NCBI GenBank assembly: GCA_965203325.1 | Contig: OZ241875.1 | Location: 2,912,001 to 2,976,000 of the forward strand | Direction: 5' to 3' | DNA: 64,000 bases | From: a bacterium | GTDB taxonomy: Bacteria > UBA8248 | Shown: one piece after another, positions 34,715-45,030 of the stretch | Numbering within the stretch: the stretch's first letter is position 1 | How the letters are laid out: the number at the start of each line of letters is the position of its first letter | Translations under genes and position numbers: made by a program | The notes under the pieces: model-generated | Databases searched by the model: none | What the model saw: only the letters and a program-made list of their open reading frames with translations | What the model was told of the DNA's origin: nothing

Positions 34715-37003
34715 TTATTTCTTCCGGTCGAGAGCCATCAGCAGGGTCGGCAGAAGCAGGAAATCGGCCAGGAGCGCGAAGACGAGCGTGATCGCGACCA
34801 TCAGGCCGAGCGTCTTGCTGCCATGGAATCCCGATGTGGCGAACACCAGGAAGCTCAGCGACAAAACCGCCGTCGTCGTCCATAGCGCCTGACCCACGAT
34901 TCGAAAGGCGGCGCGCACGGCCTCGGGCGCGGGGAGGCCCATCCGGCGGGCTTTCAGATATCGGCTCATAAAGTGGACCGTATCGTCCACGATGATCCCG
35001 AACGCGATGGCGGTCATCAACGAGCCGGCAAAGTCCACCTGGCCGACCAGGTAGCCCCACAGGCCGAAGGTCATGGCGGCGGGGATGAAGTTGGGCACGA
35101 GGCTGATGAGGCCCAGCCGAACGCTTTTGAAAACCCAGATCAGGAGTAAAGAGATAATCAGCATGGCGATGATCGTGCCGCGCAGCATGCTGTGGATGTT
35201 GCGTAGTGAAAGATGCGCGAAGATCATGGTGATGCCCGACGCTTCGGTCGCAAACTCGGGTATGTTGGCGCGGAGCCAGGCTTTGGCGCGCTCGTCGAGT
35301 TCGCGCTGGTCCCTGGAGGAGCGGTTGCGAACCATGACGCTCATTCGCGTCGTGGACTTGGCGACGTCGATGCGGTCGTTCAAGTCCATGCCGAAGGGGA
35401 GCGATAACTCATAGAGCAGGAGATATTGTGCGGCGAGCTTGGGATCCTGAGGGAGCTTGTAGAAAGCCGGGTCGTTACCGTGCAAGTTCTTGTTCAAACG
35501 CTTCATGATGTCCGAAAAAGCCTGGACGTGGCTCACTTCCGGCTGGGCGCGGTACCATTCGGCGAAAGTCTCGACTTTTTTCAGGTATTCGGGATCGGTG
35601 ATGCCGCCTTCGCGCCCCGCTTTCAGTGCGTATTCTAGGAAGTTCATGCTGTTCAGGTTATCAAAGATGAAATCCGAATCGCGCCGGAACCGGTAGCGCT
35701 CGTCGAAATAGTGCGCCCATCTGTCGGTCAACTCGTTGCGGGGAATGCCTGTGATGAGAACAGCCGTCAGAACAGCGACGAAACAGAGCAGAAACGCGTG
35801 GCGCTTGACCACGAAAGCGCCGAAGCGGACGAAAAAAGGGGGTTTGCCGGAGGGTATTCTGCGCGCGCGCAACGGTAGAATCGAGAGGACGGCCGGCAGC
35901 AGGGTCATCGAGTAGACGAAGGCCCAGAGCACGCCGAGCGCCACGAGATTTCCCAGAATACGGGCGGGAGGCGAATCCGAGGAGTTCAGACTCAGGAATC
36001 CGATTGCGGTCGTGATCGAGGTCAGAAACACCGGCCAGGCGTTGGTCCGAAGCGATTCGGCAACCGCCTTGTCCTTGTCCAGCCCATGGCCCATGCCTAG
36101 CAGGGTGGTCGTGATGATGTGGATCGAGTGGGCGACGCATGTCGCCATGACGATGGTCGGTACGCCGGCATTGACGGGACTGAACACCGTGCCGAGCCAG
36201 CCCGCAATCCCCATCGTGTTGAAGATGACGAACCCGATCACGACAATGATGGAAAACGTGCCGAGAAACGAGCGCAGGAGAAGTGTGCTGATGACGACGA
36301 TCATGATGAACACGATTGGAGCCAGGAAGACGAAATCATTGTAAGTCGCCACGGAGAAAGTGCGGTTACTGATCACGTCGCCGCTCAGATAATAGGCGAT
36401 CTCCGGGTATCTCGGACCGGCTTTCTTCAACAGAGCGTTCAGATAGTCGTTTATCGAGACTACCGCAGCGTCCATGTCGTCGGGCAGGACGAAAGTGATC
36501 ACCAGCCCGGCCACATGCCCCTTCCGGGAGACGAGACGACCGGGCAGATCGCGCGACTCGAGGGCGATTTTCCTGATTCGCGCGAGATCGGCATTGCTCA
36601 GCGAGCGCGCGTCATCGACGAGCGGCTCGACGATCAGTTCATCTCCCTGCGCCCGGCTATGGAGATAGTTCGTAAGGGAGTCGACTCGTCTGGAGTGGGG
36701 TGTTCGCCAAGCGGCTTCCGTCAATTCCTCGAGCGCGCCGAGCGCTTCGCGGGTGAAAACCGAACCTCCCCGGGGCGCGATGGCGATGAAAGCCATGTTG
36801 GATGTGGAAAAAATGTTCTCGAGCGCCTTGAAATCGGCGTACTGTGGATTCTCTTCGCTGAACATGATGCGGTAGTCGTTCGTGACGCCGATGAGGCGCG
36901 ACCCCGCTCCCGTGATCAGCGTGAGCAATGTGGCGAGTGTGACCACCAGCCACCGGTATCGAAGAATCACCTCGATATAACGGTCGAGTAGTAGAGATAT
37001 CAT
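34715..37003 (-). CDS. MMPL/RND-family lipid transporter (paralog A)
   Basis: Colinear and highly similar to 30824-33103; FGIIVDDTVHF. Confidence 0.92.
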   Translation of the reverse strand: MISLLLDRYIEVILRYRWLVVTLATLLTLITGAGSRLIGVTNDYRIMFSEENPQYADFKALENIFSTSNMAFIAIAPRGGSVFTREALGALEELTEAAWRTPHSRRVDSLTNYLHSRAQGDELIVEPLVDDARSLSNADLARIRKIALESRDLPGRLVSRKGHVAGLVITFVLPDDMDAAVVSINDYLNALLKKAGPRYPEIAYYLSGDVISNRTFSVATYNDFVFLAPIVFIMIVVISTLLLRSFLGTFSIIVVIGFVIFNTMGIAGWLGTVFSPVNAGVPTIVMATCVAHSIHIITTTLLGMGHGLDKDKAVAESLRTNAWPVFLTSITTAIGFLSLNSSDSPPARILGNLVALGVLWAFVYSMTLLPAVLSILPLRARRIPSGKPPFFVRFGAFVVKRHAFLLCFVAVLTAVLITGIPRNELTDRWAHYFDERYRFRRDSDFIFDNLNSMNFLEYALKAGREGGITDPEYLKKVETFAEWYRAQPEVSHVQAFSDIMKRLNKNLHGNDPAFYKLPQDPKLAAQYLLLYELSLPFGMDLNDRIDVAKSTTRMSVMVRNRSSRDQRELDERAKAWLRANIPEFATEASGITMIFAHLSLRNIHSMLRGTIIAMLIISLLLIWVFKSVRLGLISLVPNFIPAAMTFGLWGYLVGQVDFAGSLMTAIAFGIIVDDTVHFMSRYLKARRMGLPAPEAVRAAFRIVGQALWTTTAVLSLSFLVFATSGFHGSKTLGLMVAITLVFALLADFLLLPTLLMALDRKK

Positions 37004-37234
37004 CGTCCTGGCATCGCTGTCGGGTGTGGCGGCGGGTTTGTCGATTCAGGCCACGGCGCTGTCGTCGCGACCTGGTTTCTTCGGGTGGTGTGGAGAGGAG
37101 CACCAGGGTCGGAACTCATTTCCCTGTACGAAACCTGGAGAACCCTCCTTGGAAGGGTCTCTTCATTCGTTGCTCGGCTTCCACCACAACGACACGAGAA
37201 TACGATGAAAGGGTTCTGTTGTGCGAGGGTTTTT

Positions 37235-37945
<711 letters not shown>

Positions 37946-37946
37946 G

Positions 37947-38702
37947 TCACTCCGCCTTTCCGAGATAGATTTCCTGCACCTTGGGGTCGTTGCGGATATC
38001 TTCGCTGGGTCCTTCGGCGAGCACCTCGCCGTAGTGCAGAACGCTGATGTGGGAGACAACCTCGAATATCACGTCCAGATCGTGTTCGATCAGAAGAATG
38101 GCGATTCCGGGGTCGAGTGATTTCAGGAAATCGGCCATCTCGTGGGATTCGCCCGTGGCCAGGCCGGCGGAGGGTTCGTCGAGGAGCAACACTTTGGGGT
38201 CGCTCGCCAGAGCCAGGACGATCTCGAGTTGGCGCTGCTCACCGTGGGAGAGGTTGCGGACTTCCTGATCCCTCAAGTGCCAGAAGTTCACGTCGGTGAG
38301 CAGTTTTTCGGCTTTTTCGTACACGTCCTTGTATTTGTAGAGGGGTTTGAGCATCATCATCTTCATCTTCCGCAATCCCTGCACGGCGAGAAGGACGTTT
38401 TCGAGCACAGTGAGCTTGGGAAACAGGCTGGTGATCTGAAAGGTGCGCGCCATCCCCAAAGCCACGCGCTTATGTGTTGGCCACCCCGAGACGTCCTGCC
38501 CGAAAAGGCGGATGCGGCCCGAGGTGAGCGGAAGCACGCCCGTTATCAGGTGAAAGAGCGTGGTCTTCCCGGCTCCGTTCGGCCCCAGGATTCCCCGCCG
38601 TTCGCCGAGGTTCAGGCGCAGGTTCACGTCCTCGACGGCGTGCAGGCCGCCGAAATGCTTCGTGACGCTCTCCAGCTCCAGCCCTTGTTGCCCGTTCTCC
38701 AA
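37947..38702 (-). CDS. livG: ABC transporter ATPase (LivG-like)
   Basis: GPNGAGKTT, LSHGEQR, LLDEP, IEHD. Confidence 0.9.
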   Translation of the reverse strand: MENGQQGLELESVTKHFGGLHAVEDVNLRLNLGERRGILGPNGAGKTTLFHLITGVLPLTSGRIRLFGQDVSGWPTHKRVALGMARTFQITSLFPKLTVLENVLLAVQGLRKMKMMMLKPLYKYKDVYEKAEKLLTDVNFWHLRDQEVRNLSHGEQRQLEIVLALASDPKVLLLDEPSAGLATGESHEMADFLKSLDPGIAILLIEHDLDVIFEVVSHISVLHYGEVLAEGPSEDIRNDPKVQEIYLGKAE

Positions 38703-38781
38703 AACCTGGTTGCTCCTATAGGAAGCCCGGCGCGAATCCGCCGCCCGGGCGGTGAAGCCCGGACGGCGGGAAAATTCGCTC

Positions 38782-40035
38782 TTACTTACAATGCGGGCAC
38801 GGCGGGTACTTCTTGCTGTACACGGGTTGTTTCAGGAATTCCTTCGCCGGCCACTTCCAGAACTGACCCACCGCGGGGTAGGTCTTTATCACGAGGTTCC
38901 AGAGCGAGTCCGACTTCACGCCCAGACCCAGGCGGTCGCCCTTCACGCGCGTCACCCGACGGATGTAGCTGTTGTGCACCGGGTTTCCGTAAGCGTCCAG
39001 ATACACCGGCCCCCTGATGGCGTTGATGCGGATGGTCTTGAACGCCTCGAGGAACGCATCGGTGTTGTCCGGCTTGTAGCCGATCTTCTTGAGCGTGAGG
39101 TCCACCCACTGACCCGTGGTGTAGCAGGACTCCGAGTAGTAGGAGGCCATCTTCCCGTAGCGCTGCTGATACTCCTTGACGAACGCCTTATTCTTGTCCG
39201 TCGTGAGAGCGGCGCTGTACTGCGAGGCCGTCACGTAGCCGAGCGCTTCATCGCCCATGCTGGGCAGGATGAACTCGTCCGCGCTCGTCACGCCGCCGAG
39301 CATCGGCATCTTGAAGCCCGCTGCGCGGAACTGCTTCGGGAAGGCCAGGGACATGGGGCCGACCATCAGGGTGAAGATGGCGTCGGCGTCCTTGGGGATC
39401 TGCGGCAGATAGGGACCGAAGTCCTTCGTGCCGAGCTTCGCCCAGATCTTCTTGACGATCTTGCCGCCGCGCGCCTCGAAGGCCTTGTGGAAGCCGCCCA
39501 CCGTCTCGTAGCCGAACGCGTAATCCGCGCCGATGGTGACCACGTTGCGGTAGCCCTGGTCGTAGGCCCACTCGGCGAGCGGATGGCTGTTCTGGCTGCT
39601 CGTGAAGCCGCTGCGCAGGAAGTGTTTGAAGAGCTTGCGCTGGGTGAGGTCGTCCGCCGCCGGCACGGGCGAGATGTAGGGCACCTTGAAGCGGTTGGAC
39701 ACCGGCGCGAGCGCATATCCGGTGCTGGCGAGCAGGCCGCCGATGAACATGTGCACCTTGTCGCGCTTGATGAGCTTGAGCGCCTTGCGCACGTTCACGG
39801 CCGGCTTGCCGGTCGAGTCCTCGAGGATGAACTTGACGTCCAGGGGACCCATCTTGTTCTTCGTGTGCGCTAGGTACATCTTGAAGCCGTTGCTCATGTC
39901 CTTGCCGATCTGGGCGAAGATGCCCGTCATCGGCGCGATGAACCCGATGCGCACCTCGGCGGCCTGTGCGCCGCCGGTTCCGGCGGCGAAGGCGATGCCG
40001 AGCGCTGCGATGATGGTGATCAGTTTTCGTTTCAT
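38782..40035 (-). CDS. Liv-type ABC transporter substrate-binding protein
   Basis: Signal peptide, VRIGFIAPMTG, ADYAFG (periplasmic binding protein type 1). Confidence 0.9.
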   Translation of the reverse strand: MKRKLITIIAALGIAFAAGTGGAQAAEVRIGFIAPMTGIFAQIGKDMSNGFKMYLAHTKNKMGPLDVKFILEDSTGKPAVNVRKALKLIKRDKVHMFIGGLLASTGYALAPVSNRFKVPYISPVPAADDLTQRKLFKHFLRSGFTSSQNSHPLAEWAYDQGYRNVVTIGADYAFGYETVGGFHKAFEARGGKIVKKIWAKLGTKDFGPYLPQIPKDADAIFTLMVGPMSLAFPKQFRAAGFKMPMLGGVTSADEFILPSMGDEALGYVTASQYSAALTTDKNKAFVKEYQQRYGKMASYYSESCYTTGQWVDLTLKKIGYKPDNTDAFLEAFKTIRINAIRGPVYLDAYGNPVHNSYIRRVTRVKGDRLGLGVKSDSLWNLVIKTYPAVGQFWKWPAKEFLKQPVYSKKYPPCPHCK

Positions 40036-40088
40036 CTTTTTTCCTCCCTCGTTTCGTCTCGACGAAGAGACGCGGTGCCGCGCCGTCC

Positions 40089-41114
40089 TCAACCCTCCGG
40101 GGTTTCAGGCGAAGCGGCGGGTTTTCGAAACTTGCCGAATAATCCGAGTATTCCCTCGACGCCGTAGAGGCGTCCCAACATGATGGTGATGATGTAGATG
40201 GCGCCCAGAATCAGCGGCCATCGTTCCACGTAGATGCTGATGAACTGCTGCAGCGACCGGATGATGGCCGAGCCGATCACCGGGCCGACCAGCGTGGCGG
40301 GGCCGCCCAGCGCCACCATGAAAAGCGCCTCGGCCGAGGTGATGAGTTCGATGTCCGGCGGACTCACGAAAAGGTTGAACAGTGTCCACAAGACGCCCGA
40401 GACGCCGCTGAAAACGCCTGCGATGATGAAAGCGAGGTATTTGTGGAGCCAGATGTTGTAGCCGAGCATCTGCATGCGCTCCTCGCGCTCCCTGATGCCG
40501 ACCAGCGTTTTCCCGAAGGGGCTTCTCACGAACATGTACATCAACCCCAGGCAGATGAGGAACACCGCGAGCGTGAAGTAGAAGAACGGAATTTCCGATT
40601 CGAGCGATATGCCGAACAGGGACGGTCTCCCCAGCACGTTGATTCCGTTGTCCCCTTCGGTCACGGCGCTCCAGCGATACGCCAGGCCCCAGATGACCAT
40701 GGCGAGCGAGAGGGTGATCATCAGGAAGTACACCCCCACGGCGCGGATGGCCAGAAAACCGAAGAACGCGGCGAAGGCCAGCGCCACGACGAGCCCGAAG
40801 ATGAAGATGTAGAATAGGCCCAGCCCCAGCGAATCCGCCCACTGGAAGGCGGCGAAGGTCCACGTCCAGTCTTCTTTCGTCATGATGATGGCCGTGGTGT
40901 ATGAGGCGACGCCGAAATAGGCGGCGTGCCCCAAGGAGGCCAGTCCGGTGAACCCCAGCAGGAGGTCCAGGCTCATCGCCAGGATTCCGAATACCAGGAT
41001 CTCCGTCACCAGGCTCTGCATGAAGAGGTCGAGAAACGGCGTGACGACGCCGAGAGCGACGAAAGCGCCCAGCACGATGAGCACCCTTCTTTTCTCCGCC
41101 AGGTTCTCCACCAT
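40089..41114 (-). CDS. livM: ABC transporter permease (LivM-like)
   Basis: GFTGLASLGHAAYFG, GVYFLMITL, RSPFGKTLVGIRE. Confidence 0.9.
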   Translation of the reverse strand: MVENLAEKRRVLIVLGAFVALGVVTPFLDLFMQSLVTEILVFGILAMSLDLLLGFTGLASLGHAAYFGVASYTTAIIMTKEDWTWTFAAFQWADSLGLGLFYIFIFGLVVALAFAAFFGFLAIRAVGVYFLMITLSLAMVIWGLAYRWSAVTEGDNGINVLGRPSLFGISLESEIPFFYFTLAVFLICLGLMYMFVRSPFGKTLVGIREREERMQMLGYNIWLHKYLAFIIAGVFSGVSGVLWTLFNLFVSPPDIELITSAEALFMVALGGPATLVGPVIGSAIIRSLQQFISIYVERWPLILGAIYIITIMLGRLYGVEGILGLFGKFRKPAASPETPEG

Positions 41115-41117
41115 GGC

Positions 41118-42215
41118 TCAACCCTTTCCGAACAGGCCGGTCGGCTTGATCGCCAGAATGATGGCCATGGGCGCGAAGAGCGCGAAATAGGAGAGTTCGG
41201 GAAACAGCGCGGTCCCGAAGTTCTCGATGAAACCGACCACGATACTGCCGAGGACGGCGCCGCCCAGGCTGCCGAGCCCTCCGATGATCACCACGGCGAA
41301 CGCGTAGGGGAGGATCTCGAAATCGAGCCCCGGGTAGACGCCGAAGAATGCGCCCCCCACCACGCCGCCCGTGGCGGCCAGCAGCGCTCCGATGGCGAAT
41401 ATCGCCATTTGCACGACGTTGGTGTTGATGCCGATGCCGCGCGCCATTTCGGGGTCGTCCACCGCCGCGCGCATGATGGCGCCGAGGCGGGTGCGCTCTA
41501 TCCCCAGGAACAGAGCCGCGGCCACCACGACGGCGATGACGATCATGAAGGCGCGGTACTGGGGCAGCGAGAGGCCCCAGACGACAGCGCTGAAATTGAG
41601 GGGCCAGGGCTGTTTGAGCATGAAGTTGTCCCCGCCCCAGGTGTAGAGCGAGCCGTCTTGCAGGATAAACGCGAAGCCGATGGTCACCAGCACCTGGGAG
41701 AGAGTGTCCTGCCCGAGGCGGCGCAGGAAAAAGCGCTCGATGAACATTCCGCACAATGCCGCGATGGCGAGGGCGACGACGATGGCGGCCAACATGCCCG
41801 GGAAATTGATCCGGTCGACCGGTTTGACGGGAACGTGCGGGAAGAAGAGTTCGAAGAATCTGAAGCCCCATACCAGGCTGCACAAGGTTTCCAGTACGAC
41901 ATAGGCGAGAAGCAGTGCCAGCGCGGCGTGTCTGGGAGCGACGTACAAGTTGAGTCCCCGCCATGCGAAATAGAGCAGTGTCCACGAGACGAGCTGGATG
42001 ATTCGGGGCATCAGGCTCAGGGAGCCGAAAATGATGTTGTAGAATTCCAGGGCGAGATAGCCGGCGAAGAGGAAAAAAGCGGCGTGCGCGAGGTTCACGA
42101 TGCGCATCACGCCGAAGATGAGCGAGAGCCCGCTCGCCAGAAGAAACAGAATCGCGGCGTAGGAGAGGGAGTTAAAACTAAGAACGACAATGTTCGTGAA
42201 GCTCAGGGTGGTCAT
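41118..42215 (-). CDS. livH: ABC transporter permease (LivH-like) with ~70-aa insertion
   Basis: GLSLIFGVMRIVNLAH, RTRLGAIMRA, IIGGLGSLGG. Confidence 0.88.
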   Translation of the reverse strand: MTTLSFTNIVVLSFNSLSYAAILFLLASGLSLIFGVMRIVNLAHAAFFLFAGYLALEFYNIIFGSLSLMPRIIQLVSWTLLYFAWRGLNLYVAPRHAALALLLAYVVLETLCSLVWGFRFFELFFPHVPVKPVDRINFPGMLAAIVVALAIAALCGMFIERFFLRRLGQDTLSQVLVTIGFAFILQDGSLYTWGGDNFMLKQPWPLNFSAVVWGLSLPQYRAFMIVIAVVVAAALFLGIERTRLGAIMRAAVDDPEMARGIGINTNVVQMAIFAIGALLAATGGVVGGAFFGVYPGLDFEILPYAFAVVIIGGLGSLGGAVLGSIVVGFIENFGTALFPELSYFALFAPMAIILAIKPTGLFGKG

Positions 42216-42512
42216 CCATGTCTCTCTTTTATCCGCAAAAGGCGCGCCTCAAAAACAAATCCCCCACTGCGCGTCGCCAAGTCGTAAATCCGCACGGAAA
42301 CACTCATGCTATATGATCCTGAGTCTTTCATTATGTTCCCGATTCGAGGTATGGGTCAAGTTGATGCGAAACGGGGTTTTTCCCGCTTTCTCCTTCTCCG
42401 GTGGCGAAAACCGGCGCGGAAAGATAGAGTTCGCAATATCTGAACTTCCCATTTTACGACTATGGGCGGTGCGCGTTTCGTTTCTGTTAGGGTGATATTT
42501 CATTCCGGTTAA

Positions 42513-43772
42513 ATGGCCATGCGTGCAGAGACTCCCGAGGATAGAATTTTCAGGAATGCCAGAATTGGCTCTCAAGACGCATTGGTGGATTTTTGCGTCA
42601 CTGAAGGCCTTTTTTCGAGAATTTCACCGGGTCTGAGCAACGATGCCGGCTGTGAAGAAGTCGATTTGGGCGGCCGCGTCGTGCTGCCGACGTTCGTGGA
42701 GAGCCACATCCATCTCGACAAGGCGTTTTTGGAAGAACGCGAGCCCAATCGTTCCGGTACGCTCGAAGACGCCATTTCCATCACGCTGGCGCTCAAAAAA
42801 GGCGTAACGAAACAAGACATCATGGAGCGCGCCGAGCGCGCGCTGCGCATGTGCATCCGGCACGGCGCCACGTGGTTTCGCGCACAGGTGGAGGTCGACC
42901 CCATCGTCGGCCTCAAGGGAGTGGAAGTCGCTCTGGCGCTCAAGGAGAAGTACGCAGGTCTGGCGGATTTTCAACTCGTCGTTTTCCCGCAGGAAGGCAT
43001 CGAGCAGCAGCCGGGCACGGAGGATTTGATGCGCGAGGCCATGCGGATGGGCGGGGACCTCGTGGGCGGAATCCCCTACAACGACCTCGACCCCGAGCGG
43101 CATCTGGACATCGTTTTCGGAATGGCCGAGACGTTCGGCTGCGGCCTGGATTTTCATCTCGATTTCGCGGACGACCCCCGGGTGAGGAATATCGACTCCG
43201 TAGCCGCCCGCACGATGGCCGCAGGCTTGCAGGGCCGGGTGGCCGCCGGTCATTTAACCTCCCTGGGCGCCATGGCGCCGGATGATGCCGCGCGGGTCAT
43301 CGAGAAGATTCTCGAAGCGGGCATCTCCGTCCTGCCCTTGCCGGCGACGGATCTGTTCCTGGGCGGTAGGGGGGAGGAACCGCCTCGCTTCAGAAGCCTC
43401 GCTCCCGTCAAGGAGCTGTTGAGCGCAGGCGTCAACGTCGCCATTTCATCGAACAACATCAGAAACGCCTTTACGCCCTCGGGACGCGGGGATTTGCTCG
43501 AAATCGGCCTTCTCCTCGCCCATGCGCTCCACATGAGCGGCGCATCGGAGAGGAGCGTGGTTCCCGAGCTTTTCACGACAAACGGCGCAAAGGCGCTGGG
43601 GGTGGAGGAGGGCTACGGCTTAAGACCCGGCTGCGCGGCCGATTTCGTGGTTCTCGATTCCGTGAATTTCGACGACGTCCTCATCGATCAACCCGAGAAG
43701 CGATTCGTGGTGAAAGGCGGGCGCATCGTCGTGGAGAACGTCTCGGAAACGACCTGGCGGGAGGGGACTTGA
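42513..43772 (+). CDS. Amidohydrolase, cytosine-deaminase (CodA/AtzC)-like
   Basis: ESHIHLDK, FPQEG, FHLD, GHLTSL, SSNNIRNAFTP. Confidence 0.88.
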   Translation: MAMRAETPEDRIFRNARIGSQDALVDFCVTEGLFSRISPGLSNDAGCEEVDLGGRVVLPTFVESHIHLDKAFLEEREPNRSGTLEDAISITLALKKGVTKQDIMERAERALRMCIRHGATWFRAQVEVDPIVGLKGVEVALALKEKYAGLADFQLVVFPQEGIEQQPGTEDLMREAMRMGGDLVGGIPYNDLDPERHLDIVFGMAETFGCGLDFHLDFADDPRVRNIDSVAARTMAAGLQGRVAAGHLTSLGAMAPDDAARVIEKILEAGISVLPLPATDLFLGGRGEEPPRFRSLAPVKELLSAGVNVAISSNNIRNAFTPSGRGDLLEIGLLLAHALHMSGASERSVVPELFTTNGAKALGVEEGYGLRPGCAADFVVLDSVNFDDVLIDQPEKRFVVKGGRIVVENVSETTWREGT

Positions 43773-45022
43773 TGGGCGTGATCACGGACGCGAACGCGGA
43801 GGCGCTCTCCCGCATCACCGAAGCCGAACCCGTCCTGGTGGACGTACGCCCGGCGGGCGAGGTGATACCGGGTCTGGAGGAGGGCGTTCTCCTGCACGCC
43901 GGCCCGCCGATCGAGTGGGCGCGGATGTGCGGCCCCCTGCGCGGGGCGATTGCGGGGGCGGTCGTCCTGGAGGGCTGGGCGGGAGATTTGGCCTCGGGCG
44001 AGGCGCTCGCCGCCTCGGGCGGTATCGCCTTCCACCCCAATCATCATTTCGACGCCGTCGGCCCCATGACGGGCATCACCACGCGCTCGATGCCGGTGAT
44101 GATCGTTGAGAACAGAAAATTCGGAAACCGCGCCTATTGCACCCTGAACGAAGGTCTGGGGAAGGTGATGCGCTTCGGCGGAAACGACGAGGAGGTGCTG
44201 AACCGGCTTCGCTGGCTGGCGGAGCGCCTGGCGCCCGCGCTGTCAGACGCCCTTGAGATCACCGGAGGGCTGCCGCTCAAGAGCATCATCGCGCGCGGGC
44301 TTTCGATGGGAGACGAGATGCACCAGCGCAACGTGGCCTGCACGAGCCTCTTCATGCGCGAGGCGGCGCCCGCGCTGGCGCGCGTCGTGGGGGATGGCAA
44401 GGCGCTGGAGGAGGTATTGTCGTTCATCGGCGGTAACGATCAGTTTTTCCTGAACGTCGCGATGGCGACCGGCAAGGCGGTGATGGACCCGGTGCGCGAT
44501 ATCGGGGCGTCTAGCATCGTTACGGCGATGTGCCGCAACGGAACGGACTTCGGGGTCCGGGTGAGCGCGACGGGCGATGAGTGGTTCACGGCGCCGGTGG
44601 AGATGCCCGAGGGGTTGTATTTCCCCGGTTTCGGCGAGGACGACGCGAATCCGGATATGGGTGATTCCACGATTATCGAGACCATGGGACTGGGCGGATT
44701 CGCCATGGCCGCAGCGCCCGCCGTCGTCGGGTTCGTGGGTGCGGGAAGCGCGGCTGATGCGCTGAATTACTCCCGCGCCATGTACGAGATCACCCAGGGC
44801 CGAAACCCCGAGTGGACGATCCCCGCCCTCGATTTTGAGGGTGTTCCCACAGGGATAGACGTCACCAAGGTCGTGAAGCTGGGCGTCACGCCCGTCATCA
44901 ACACAGGCATCGCGCATAAAGAACCGGGCGTCGGTCAGGTGGGCGCGGGCGTCGTTCGCGCGCCGCTCGCCTGTTTCGAGCAGGCGCTCGAAGCCTATGG
45001 CGCGAAGATGGGCGTGGTTTAA
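43769..45022 (+). CDS. DUF1116 / YlbE (AllG-like) protein
   Basis: LLHAGPP, AVGPMTG, MGDEMHQRN, NDQFFLN, RNGTDFG, DMGDS, INTGIAH. Confidence 0.9.
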   Translation: MMGVITDANAEALSRITEAEPVLVDVRPAGEVIPGLEEGVLLHAGPPIEWARMCGPLRGAIAGAVVLEGWAGDLASGEALAASGGIAFHPNHHFDAVGPMTGITTRSMPVMIVENRKFGNRAYCTLNEGLGKVMRFGGNDEEVLNRLRWLAERLAPALSDALEITGGLPLKSIIARGLSMGDEMHQRNVACTSLFMREAAPALARVVGDGKALEEVLSFIGGNDQFFLNVAMATGKAVMDPVRDIGASSIVTAMCRNGTDFGVRVSATGDEWFTAPVEMPEGLYFPGFGEDDANPDMGDSTIIETMGLGGFAMAAAPAVVGFVGAGSAADALNYSRAMYEITQGRNPEWTIPALDFEGVPTGIDVTKVVKLGVTPVINTGIAHKEPGVGQVGAGVVRAPLACFEQALEAYGAKMGVV

Positions 45023-45030
45023 GAGCCCCT

